Origin: a virus
Direction: 5' to 3' (one strand)
Length of the DNA stretch: 64,000 bases
Virus record (IMG/VR): IMGVR_UViG_3300031992_000005
Location: 224,001 to 288,000 of that record
The notes beneath the pieces were generated by a model. The model saw only the letters and a list, made by a program, of their open reading frames with translations. It had not been told where the DNA came from and did not search any database. Positions 50,277 to 59,700 of this stretch are shown in pieces; the first letter of the stretch is position 1, and the number at the start of each line of letters is the position of its first letter. A program made the position numbers and the translations under genes.

Positions 50277-50960
50277 ATGATAAAATTTAAACGAAAAGAG
50301 TTTAGTAATTATATTTTATCTAATACTATAAAAGGGGCAAGCATTGGTGCTACTATAGGTACTGGAATGGCTGGTTTGAACTTATCTGATAATATGAGGG
50401 GAGATAATTGGTTTGCAAGAACATATAATAGTCAGGCCAGAAATAGCAATGATAGAAGTTACCCCAAACAAACCACCAACCAAAAACTCCTTATTGCTGC
50501 TGCAGGTACCCTAATCGGAGCTGCTCTTGGTGCTATTGTAGGTACTGTCAAGGCTGTTACAGAAAAAACATCTCAGCATGGTACTGATCATAGACTTCTT
50601 AAAGATGTAATGAAAACATTAAGTTCCCTAGGTTACAAAGAAGGTATTGACTATACAAGAGATCCTGAAACTGCAAATAGGCTAAAAACAAGGGTTTGTC
50701 TGGTTATTACAAGAGATGCAGCTAATATCTCCCTCCTAGTAAATATGGTGAATGATAATAAGCTCTCTAAGGATGCAGATAAAATTCTTAGAAGTTTACC
50801 AGGAAAACCTCAGATAAGATATAGTAGAACAACTGATAAATATAATGACATTACAATCTCTACTATTTCTAAGTCCGGCTCAAATGCAGACTTAGTGACG
50901 AATATAGTAGATGGATTTATTAAAGCAGGTTATCCAGTTTACCTAGTTGAAGTAGGATAA
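50277..50960 (+). CDS. leader-bearing protein with Gly-zipper segments
   Basis: Leader MIKFKRKEFS, then GASIGATIGTGMAGL and LLIAAAGTLIGAALGAIVGTV. Confidence 0.65.
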   Translation: MIKFKRKEFSNYILSNTIKGASIGATIGTGMAGLNLSDNMRGDNWFARTYNSQARNSNDRSYPKQTTNQKLLIAAAGTLIGAALGAIVGTVKAVTEKTSQHGTDHRLLKDVMKTLSSLGYKEGIDYTRDPETANRLKTRVCLVITRDAANISLLVNMVNDNKLSKDADKILRSLPGKPQIRYSRTTDKYNDITISTISKSGSNADLVTNIVDGFIKAGYPVYLVEVG

Positions 50961-51002
50961 AGGATAACAAAAAACATGTTAAAAACTATTTAAAACATAA
51001 AT

Positions 51003-53228
51003 ATGGCACAGTGGAAAGAAACTCTTGAACCCTATATTAGAGTTCATGAGAAAATTAAGGTTGCAGCACTTAACCCAGTAGCAGGTGAAGATTTAATCAT
51101 CGGGTGTGCATTTATTTCCGATGCAGGACCATCTCTACCTACACTTATTACTAGTCAGAAGGAATTCTTAGAGACTTATTCTTCTCAGGATATTACCGAG
51201 GATTATATTACTAGTCTCGATGATTTCTATACAAACGCTACGACAGGTGGTGATCCTCATCTAGGATCTACTATGTGGCTTAATGCATATCGTTTGGCTG
51301 GTTCTAATACTCTCTTGGCAGTGCGTGCAACAAAAGCAAAGGACCTTTATTACGCTAAGACAAGCGCTTACCCTAACGACGATTATATAGTACGTGATGG
51401 GCAAGTATTAAAGAAGATAAACGTAGGTGACGGATTAAAGATTTGTTACGATAGCGATGAAGATAGTGCAGACTGGAAGAAATTAGGTTGGGCTATTAAA
51501 CTAAGAAATATCGGTATAGTAGGTAACCTAGTAACTGAAGATGGAGTTAAATATGATTATTACGTAGATAATTTGTTTGACCTAGTTGAATATCTCAATG
51601 ATACTAGTGTATTCTTTAGTCCTAATTATGAATTTCACGACAATATTAATCAGGATGACGGAACACCCCAAACCCCAAGTACAACTAAAATATCAGAAGA
51701 TGCACTTCGAAACGGTGACAAGGAGAAAAATACTGTAAAAGCAGTAGTATTTAAGGAACTTTACTTAGGTAGTCGTATCCTAGATGCACTCGACCTTACC
51801 GGCTCAACTACTGAAGAAAGCAATGCTGAATATGGACTCATGAACATAATAGTTGGTCAATCTACTTGGACATCAGGTAATGAGTCACAGCCAGTTATTG
51901 CACTAAATGATGCAAATCATTCAGGTTTTGATCAGAAGAGTACTCTTGATAAAGGCTATGTAACTAACGTGTATAATTCAGCTACTAAGCTAGAAGTTAG
52001 AATTAGACGTTTTAATCATGATGCTGTAGCTACTAAACAGTTAACTAAACCAGATTCTAGTAGGGGCGGAAATTCTCCATATACAGTAGTATTACCTAAT
52101 TCTCTTTCGGCTTTAAACGTAAAGAGGGATTTTTACGAAATTGCCGTTTTTGATCCAAGTGTTAGTGGAGAATCCTTGTATTTTAACCTAGGTACTGTAC
52201 TGAGCTTAGGTGATATGGAATTAGTTGATATAAATAATTCCCTTAAGATGGTACAGATAACTTTGCCTGATAAACTTAGTGATCTTGGATTAGATTATTA
52301 TGGCTCAGCAGGTTCTACTCAGGAGTACTATTACGATTTAAAGCTAGATCCCGATAACACATCTCTTCTAGATGTATCCAACTCTGATATACTCAAGGCA
52401 TTAGATCAGATTCCTCTTAACGAAGTTTATACTGTAGAGGGACTCACTGACCTTGGTTGTACAGAGCCAATGGTTCAGTCTTACATGGCTAATATGGCTA
52501 TTAACGATAACTTCTTCTATCCAATTTCAACAGTTAATAGCACAAACTACTTAGCTATCGCTAATTCTATCCTACGTATTAGTCAGGATTTCTATAAGCT
52601 GTATGCAAGTGCACCTTGGGACGTGGATACTGGCACAATGGGTTGGAAGTTCTATTGCTCACCTAGTGTTCTTTACTGGGAAACCGTAGGTAGAAACAGA
52701 CGTCTTGGTAGAGAGTTTGCTCCAGTTCTTGGTCAGACTAATGGTATTGCACAATATCAGAAGCCTGTAGCTGAATTCAATAAGAAGACCCGTCAGCTAC
52801 TCCTTTCTAAGAAGATCAATACTGTTCTTTGGGATGTTCAGACTCAAGCTTGGGATTGGAACGACAACTATACAAAGCAGACTGAAAACAACATTATGTC
52901 TGATGAGGCTAATAGCCGCCTGATGATTCGTATTAGCAAGGCTATGCCAGTACTTCTCCGTCAGTTTATTGGTAGAAGAATTGGTGCTGTCCTTTGGAAT
53001 GACATGTATAATGTAATCGACTACTGGTTTAAGACTACTATTCTAGGCATGACTTATACAATTGATGGTTATAGAATTACAATTGATGAGTCTAACAATA
53101 CCCCAGAAGATGCTCGTGCAAATCGAGTGAACGTCTTAGTGGAAGTTCGTTATCAGAGAGCTGCTAAGTATATTGAAGTTTATAACAACGCATTCGACGT
53201 TGGTATGGAATTCGACGGCATTATGTAA
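51003..53228 (+). CDS. contractile tail sheath protein (T4 gp18-like)
   Basis: N-terminal GPSLPTLITSQKEFLETY. C-terminal ITIDESNNTPEDARANRVNVLVEVRYQRAAKYIEVYN parallels T4 gp18 CDTTNNTPSVIDRNEFVATFYIQPARSINYITLNF. Confidence 0.8.
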   Translation: MAQWKETLEPYIRVHEKIKVAALNPVAGEDLIIGCAFISDAGPSLPTLITSQKEFLETYSSQDITEDYITSLDDFYTNATTGGDPHLGSTMWLNAYRLAGSNTLLAVRATKAKDLYYAKTSAYPNDDYIVRDGQVLKKINVGDGLKICYDSDEDSADWKKLGWAIKLRNIGIVGNLVTEDGVKYDYYVDNLFDLVEYLNDTSVFFSPNYEFHDNINQDDGTPQTPSTTKISEDALRNGDKEKNTVKAVVFKELYLGSRILDALDLTGSTTEESNAEYGLMNIIVGQSTWTSGNESQPVIALNDANHSGFDQKSTLDKGYVTNVYNSATKLEVRIRRFNHDAVATKQLTKPDSSRGGNSPYTVVLPNSLSALNVKRDFYEIAVFDPSVSGESLYFNLGTVLSLGDMELVDINNSLKMVQITLPDKLSDLGLDYYGSAGSTQEYYYDLKLDPDNTSLLDVSNSDILKALDQIPLNEVYTVEGLTDLGCTEPMVQSYMANMAINDNFFYPISTVNSTNYLAIANSILRISQDFYKLYASAPWDVDTGTMGWKFYCSPSVLYWETVGRNRRLGREFAPVLGQTNGIAQYQKPVAEFNKKTRQLLLSKKINTVLWDVQTQAWDWNDNYTKQTENNIMSDEANSRLMIRISKAMPVLLRQFIGRRIGAVLWNDMYNVIDYWFKTTILGMTYTIDGYRITIDESNNTPEDARANRVNVLVEVRYQRAAKYIEVYNNAFDVGMEFDGIM

Positions 53229-53240
53229 TTATAATTTAAT

Positions 53241-53285
53241 GGGTAATACCTCATTTTGATGGTGGGGTATTACTCAATTTTTATT
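53241..53285 (+). terminator. rho-independent terminator after the sheath gene
   Basis: gtaatacc (53243-53250) pairs with ggtattac (53266-53273), followed by tcaattttt. It overlaps the 5' end of track ORF 53256, so that gene more likely starts at 53292. Confidence 0.55.
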
Positions 53286-53291
53286 CAATAT

Positions 53292-54089
53292 ATGGATAAG
53301 ACATTATTAGTAGATCTCAAAAAGAAGATGTTCATGAGATCTGCCTTAATCTCCTTAGAGGATTCATTGGATGATGTTCTATCGCTTAGTGCTTCATTGA
53401 CAGCGGATGAGATTCTCCTAGAGATTATCAAAAAAGCTCTAAGGGAATTCGAACTAACTAATCCACTTATCCTTGAAATGCCAATGTCTAGGGAACAGAT
53501 GTTAAGTTGTACTGCTCCCAATGGCTTCCTAGAAGTAAAAAGTAATTTTACTCTATACTTAAAGTGCATGATTCCGGAATATAGGATTATCCTAGTTCCA
53601 GTATCAATGCCATGTTGGAGAGTAGGAGATAATTCTGTAACAACTAATTTCTCCTCTTATATAGGAGGTACTAGTATTCCTCAACCAGGTGCTTATACTT
53701 ACTTTACTGAATATAGAAAACCTTATGTCTTTGTAGGTGACTTAGGCTTATTGCAAGGATTGGGGGGTAGTGGTATTATAATGAAAGGTATTTGTAGCAG
53801 ACCAATAACTCCGGATTGGACAGAAGATAAGAAGTTTAATTCAGCATCGGAAACATCTGCCGTATATTGGATGGATGTAGAGACTGGAGGTGCAAGAGGT
53901 AACTACTTCATGGATCTCTGTATGGTTCATCTCTTAGACTATATCCGTCAATTAAAGGCATCTATTTCACTCAACAATGTATCAGTTGATGTTATGGGTA
54001 ATGTTGATTCAGCTTATCAAGAGCTTCGAAGTAGGTGTGACCAATATGCATTACAATCTGGATGGTATGGCGAACTATTATATAACTAG
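53292..54089 (+). CDS. hypothetical tail/neck-module protein
   Basis: In-frame Met 13 of track ORF 53256 (MDKTLLVDLKK...). No motif recognised. Confidence 0.6.
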   Translation: MDKTLLVDLKKKMFMRSALISLEDSLDDVLSLSASLTADEILLEIIKKALREFELTNPLILEMPMSREQMLSCTAPNGFLEVKSNFTLYLKCMIPEYRIILVPVSMPCWRVGDNSVTTNFSSYIGGTSIPQPGAYTYFTEYRKPYVFVGDLGLLQGLGGSGIIMKGICSRPITPDWTEDKKFNSASETSAVYWMDVETGGARGNYFMDLCMVHLLDYIRQLKASISLNNVSVDVMGNVDSAYQELRSRCDQYALQSGWYGELLYN

Positions 54090-54092
54090 TAT

Positions 54093-54647
54093 ATGATTAT
54101 ACTCAGACAAAAAGAATATGCTTCGAGATTATTGAAAGCTGTAAGATCAGTCAAACGAGCAGGAAATAGTGCTATGACTGTGATTGACAATGCAGGTTTA
54201 AAAACAGGTAATACTATTAAAAAGTTCGTTACCGGTAAGAGTATTCCTGCACAAGTAGAGGCTAATTTTAAGCCTAAAACCAACTTCCAAATTAACAGAG
54301 AAACGGTTAAAGCAAAAAACGTCGTAAAAGATGCTGCAAACGCAGTTAAAGAACGCCCCGGTGCAGTACTCGATGATGGTATAAGTTTTGCAGCCAAGAA
54401 TCCAATTGCAGCTGCAGGGCAAGTGGGAAGTGTTGCTCTTCCTTTGGCTGATCCAGTATTTTTGGGCGTCCCTATAGGCACGCCTTCAGCTGTTATTGAC
54501 GTAACAGCAAAGAAGTTTATTAAGCCATATGATAAATATACAGAAAGAATTTCAAGAGCATACGATAGATCCAATTTCAGTAGGAATCTTAGAAGAATGC
54601 CTAATGCAACTGAAGTGATTGATAACATAAAGAGGAAATTTAAATAA
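54093..54647 (+). CDS. leader-bearing protein
   Basis: Leader MIILRQKEYA. The minus-strand ORF 54086-54628 is its shadow. Confidence 0.65.
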   Translation: MIILRQKEYASRLLKAVRSVKRAGNSAMTVIDNAGLKTGNTIKKFVTGKSIPAQVEANFKPKTNFQINRETVKAKNVVKDAANAVKERPGAVLDDGISFAAKNPIAAAGQVGSVALPLADPVFLGVPIGTPSAVIDVTAKKFIKPYDKYTERISRAYDRSNFSRNLRRMPNATEVIDNIKRKFK

Positions 54648-54666
54648 TAAACATGAAGAAAGGTGT

Positions 54667-56274
54667 ATGATAAAATTTAAAAAAAAAGAATTTACCATAC
54701 CTGAAGGACATTACACTGGCCCAAAAGACCTAACTGAAATTCCCGGAACTGTTGAAATGATAAAGAAGGGTATTGGTATTGGGGCGGTTACTGGTGGAAT
54801 AGCTGGAGGTGTAGTAAAGGATTCTTCTATAATTGAAGGAGCCTTATCAGGAGCTAAAGTAGGAACTATCGGTGGAATAGCTGCAAAACTCTTGTTGAAT
54901 TATATACATAAACCAATGACTACGATTAAATACCAAGAGGTAGATAAGACTATACGTAGACAATTCGGTATTTATCAGATTTCTGGATTTACTTTAGGCG
55001 ACAATACAATTAATAAAGGAAATATAAGGGATAAGTTCAGTTATAATGACAGAAATGTAAGTGACTATAAAATAAATTTTGCGATTTACAACAATAAGGT
55101 CACTATGTACACCTTTGGAATTACAAAAAATGAGCTAGACGGTATATCAAAAATTTTGGACGAATATTGTAAGAAATATTATGCAATGGAATATTCAGCT
55201 AAACTCATTAATCAAAAAGTATACTCTTATTCGGTAGATATTACGTTTACTAATTATCAAGTGATCAGTAATTTTATTATGGAATTGAGTAATTTTATTA
55301 ATAGTAAGATTAATCTATTGGATAATAATGCAATAATAGGGCCTAGATTACTAGAGAGTGCTGAACAGAAGAATGACTTAACTGAGGAAGAAAAAACCTA
55401 CTCTGTTAGTTCAATAAATAAATATGATTTAATAAAAATTCTGACAAAAGGTGCCACAATAGGTTTCAATATTGCAAGTTTAGCAAAAGGAAGCGCTTCA
55501 ACTGCAATTTTAGCATTAATTGCGGAAGGAATTAAACACCTTGGAAAAAATGAAATTAATAAAATTGCCGGAAATTCTGGACAGAAAATAGCTGACTTAA
55601 ATAACATATTTTTGGAAAGTGAGCTCAATAAACTTCATTACGTAGATGGTTTTAATTATACTACTGGAAATGAGGCTAATAAATTAAACATATCTCTAAA
55701 TTCAGGAATTTTTATTATAACCGCAGTTAAAGATCTGGAAGAGGAACTTGATAAGAAGATTTGGAAAACTTTTCCTGGAAAAGTGAACAAATCGAAAATT
55801 AGTGGAATTAGTGTTTATTCTTATGTAGTAAAAAATATCAGTGAATTCGAGATGTTACTAAATAAGGTAATGTCTGTAGGTGGTAGTAATGTTAAACCAA
55901 ACTTATTTGATAATTCTGCTTTTAAGAAAAAGAAACTATTTTCAAACAATATGGTAGAAAAATTAACAGATAATTTAGAAAAAGATGGATTAGAGGATTT
56001 TGAAATTAGTGATAGAATCCCCAAGGATGTAATTAGTATTACTACTGATTTAAAGAATATCAGTATTTACATTCCATTTGACCTAGATTATGCCCAGTAC
56101 GAAATTGATGACGAAATCAGACGGAATGCTAAGTTTCTTAGAACAAAAACAGTTCTAGATAGAAATATATATAGAATGACATTAATAGGTGGAACACTAA
56201 CCTTTAGCCAGTATTACAATGTCGTTAAATATATAATAAAGGAGCTAGGATTTTGTACTTTATTAGATCAATAA
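54667..56274 (+). CDS. leader-bearing 535-aa protein with N-terminal Gly-zipper
   Basis: Leader MIKFKKKEFT, then GIGIGAVTGGIAGGVV...GALSGAKVGTIGGIAA. Confidence 0.7.
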   Translation: MIKFKKKEFTIPEGHYTGPKDLTEIPGTVEMIKKGIGIGAVTGGIAGGVVKDSSIIEGALSGAKVGTIGGIAAKLLLNYIHKPMTTIKYQEVDKTIRRQFGIYQISGFTLGDNTINKGNIRDKFSYNDRNVSDYKINFAIYNNKVTMYTFGITKNELDGISKILDEYCKKYYAMEYSAKLINQKVYSYSVDITFTNYQVISNFIMELSNFINSKINLLDNNAIIGPRLLESAEQKNDLTEEEKTYSVSSINKYDLIKILTKGATIGFNIASLAKGSASTAILALIAEGIKHLGKNEINKIAGNSGQKIADLNNIFLESELNKLHYVDGFNYTTGNEANKLNISLNSGIFIITAVKDLEEELDKKIWKTFPGKVNKSKISGISVYSYVVKNISEFEMLLNKVMSVGGSNVKPNLFDNSAFKKKKLFSNNMVEKLTDNLEKDGLEDFEISDRIPKDVISITTDLKNISIYIPFDLDYAQYEIDDEIRRNAKFLRTKTVLDRNIYRMTLIGGTLTFSQYYNVVKYIIKELGFCTLLDQ

Positions 56275-56278
56275 TATT

Positions 56279-56716
56279 ATGTCAGCAGAAAGTATGACCT
56301 CCAGACTATTTGATAAAGCCCAATCTTTATATCAAATAGGTTTAAAACAAATAAAAGTTCAGTTAGCCCTCAATGGCACTAAATTCATTGTCCTCAGACC
56401 AAAAGATAATTCTAAGTGGAAGAGTGTATTTGGGGGTTCATACTCCTCTGATAGTACCTTAGAAAATGACTACGAGCAATTTGATACAGTACTTGTAGTT
56501 AATACTGGTGATATGAAGGATGTATGGAATAGAAACCGAGATTCCTTAGATGCTTGGACAAACGATGGATCTTTGGAAGTTGGCGATGAACTTCAGTATA
56601 CCAGAGATGGGAGAACTTATAGATTCAAAATTTCTCTAAAACAAAGTTTTAGTGAAGCTGCATCATCGTTATTTGAATATACTCTTATGAGTATCATTGA
56701 AACATTGGATATGTAA
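56279..56716 (+). CDS. hypothetical tail-module protein
   Basis: 145-aa ORF in the co-oriented series. Confidence 0.6.
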   Translation: MSAESMTSRLFDKAQSLYQIGLKQIKVQLALNGTKFIVLRPKDNSKWKSVFGGSYSSDSTLENDYEQFDTVLVVNTGDMKDVWNRNRDSLDAWTNDGSLEVGDELQYTRDGRTYRFKISLKQSFSEAASSLFEYTLMSIIETLDM

Positions 56717-56717
56717 A

Positions 56718-59700
56718 ATGGATAAAGAGGTTAAGAGAGATAATATGATCCCAGGGAGTTGTGAAGAATTTACAAGACCTGAGGAAATAAAAGCTCTAAG
56801 TAAATATCTTCGAAAGGTAAAAAAAGATCTTGAGGACAATACTTATTTAATTCGAGATAACCTAGAACTTTATGGTAGAGCAGATGGTAGAACAATGAGG
56901 CATATAGATGAGCTACCCGATAAAGTTGAATCCTTACAAAAGGGAGATCATCCTGAAGTTTCTACCCTCCCTGGATATAAAGAAGTATTAGGTGCTAAGG
57001 ATACTATCGAAGAATTACCTGGAGATAAAATTTCATTAGATGATGTAAGCCAAGAAACCTCCTTAAGTGATCATATAGAAACAATAGAAGTAACTGATAA
57101 ACCTTTTCTCGAAAAGAGACTAGAAATTTTAGAGAATGCTATCAGAGAAGCAGAACTTGAAAATGAAAAGGTATTATTAGAGGACAATACAGAAACTAAG
57201 CTAGATAATTATAAGTCAAGGCTACAGGATACAGAACAAGATATAGAGCTTTCTTCTACTAGAGAAGACCTGGGTAATACTGATAAACCTATAGACCTGC
57301 CAAAGAAAAAAGAAATACTGGAAGATAGCAATAGTAATCCGGACAAGTTAGGAGATTACGTAGAAACACTACATCCAAGCGTAGAGCCACCTCACCTAGA
57401 AGATCATAGAGAGGATCTAATTGTAAAAGACGAAACTAGTTTAAGTAACATTAGTGAGGTTCTTCCTAAGGATGTTGTACTACAGGAACACGAACAGTTT
57501 GATCCTAATAGAGATACTCTTTATGATGCAAATATTGCACGACCTGGAGGAGACAATGATGGGGATTCTACACTAGAAGACTATATAGATCCACTACTAG
57601 GAAAGAGAGAGGATCCTAAGCTTCATGATGAATCAACTATTACAAAAATTCAACCTAAACCTGAAGAAGTTAAACTTCACGACGATTCAACTATCACAAG
57701 AGTTAAGCCAAGTCCGGAGGAGGTTGAATTACATGATGATTCTACTATCACAAGGATTGAACCTAGTCCAGAAGAAGTAGAGTTACATGATGAATCAACT
57801 ATAACAAAAATAAAACCTAGACCTGAAGAGCCAGAGATTCATGATGACTCAACCATAACTCCTATCTTAGGAAAAATACCAGAACCAGAATTATCAGATA
57901 AATCTGAGCAAATTGTTGGTAAAATTCCAACCCCCAGATTAAATGATGATTCAACAATTACAAAGATTCAGCCAGGACCCACCTATCCAGAGCTACACGA
58001 TGATTCAACTATTACGAAGATTCAGCCCAGACCTGAGGAAGTTGAATTACACGATGAGTCTACTATCACCAAAATTCAACCAAGTCCAGAAGAAGTTGAA
58101 TTACACGATGAGTCTACTATCACAAAGATTCAGCCTAAACCTGAGGAAGTAGGGCTACATGATGAATCTACAGTAGTTCAAATAGAACCTTCTCCCGAGG
58201 AAGTAGAGTTACATGACGAATCAACAAGAACATCCATAGATGATGCAGCTTCAGGAGAACATGCGCAGTTTAATCCGAACGGAGATTCTTTATACGATGC
58301 TAATATTATCCTCCCAGGTAATATAGTAGATCCTGAGTTACATGACGATTCAACAGTAACTAAAATTCAACCAAGTCCGGAGGAAGTAGAATTACATGAT
58401 GAATCTACTGTAACTAAGATAGAACCAAGTCCTGAAGAAGTAGAGCTCCACGATGAATCTACTATAGTTCAGATAGAGCCTGGACCTGAGGAAGTTGAAC
58501 TTCACGACGATTCCACTATTACAAGAATAGAACCTAGTCCAGAGGAAGTTGAATTACATGATGATTCTACTGTAACTAAGATAGAACCTAGTCCAGAAGA
58601 AGTTGAATTACATGACGAATCTACTATTACTAGGATTGAACCTAGTCCAGAAGAAGTTGAATTGCACGATGATTCTACGATAACTAAGATAGAGCCTAGT
58701 CCTGAAGAGGTAGAGTTACATAATGAATCTACAGTAACCAAGATAGAACCTAGTCCAGTTGATCCTGAACTTCATGATAATTCTACTATCACTAAAATAG
58801 AACCTAGTCCTGAAGGGGTTGAACTTCATGACGAATCTACTATTACTAAGATAGGTCCAAATCCAGATCCTGAGTTACATGATGATTCAACAGTAACTAA
58901 AATTCAACCCGAACCTGAAGAGGTAGAGTTAACGGGTAGTTCGTCTATTTCTCACTTAGATATTCCAAAAGAACTATCTACAGAAGTACAGGTTAAGTTT
59001 GACCCAAATATAAATAAGCATACCGCTAGAACCAGTGGTATCCCATCAGAGAATCCTATCGGTTGGGGAGAAACTTTAGATGATATTGTAGAAGATATTG
59101 TAGGTGATATTCCGGAAAATTCACTATCAGAGAAAAAGGTCGAATTAGAGGATACTAGTCCTGAGGATAGCATTGAAAAACATAAAGAACTCTTAATAGA
59201 TACTAGCCCTGAAGATAGTATTGAAAAACATAAAGAACTTCTGATAGATACTAGTCCTGAGGATAAGTTGGTCAGCAAAAAGATAATTGAGGAAAATAAT
59301 ATAGAGGCTGATGAGGAAAAGTTTGTACCATACTTAGAGGCAAAAAGAAAGAAAAAACTAGAAGGCTGGGTAAAAGAAAAAAGAAGACAAGTTGACCTAG
59401 AAACTAAAGTAGTTCCTGGTATTCCTGCCCCTACTAATTCTCTTGCAGATGGTCCAGTAGAAGATTTAATTAGGGATATTAGTATGTTAAGGGATAAAGA
59501 TCTCAATGTTTATTACCAAAACATACTTAAGTTCGCGAATGACAATGTAAAGAATTTAGGGAAATGGGGAGAAAAGGCCAGAAGTATTATGTCATCCCTT
59601 GCATCTTCTAAAATGACTTCTGAAGATCTAGAAAACTTTGAAAAAAGACTGTATGGTTCAATAATTCTAGAAGATTACGCAACTAGAAAAGAGGATAGAA

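Noticed and set aside
54086-54628. 180-aa minus-strand ORF almost exactly antiparallel to 54093-54647
   Set aside because: The + strand ORF starts with the family leader MIILRQKEYA and fits the co-oriented operon. The minus ORF has no start context and is Leu/Ala/Thr-rich shadow sequence.
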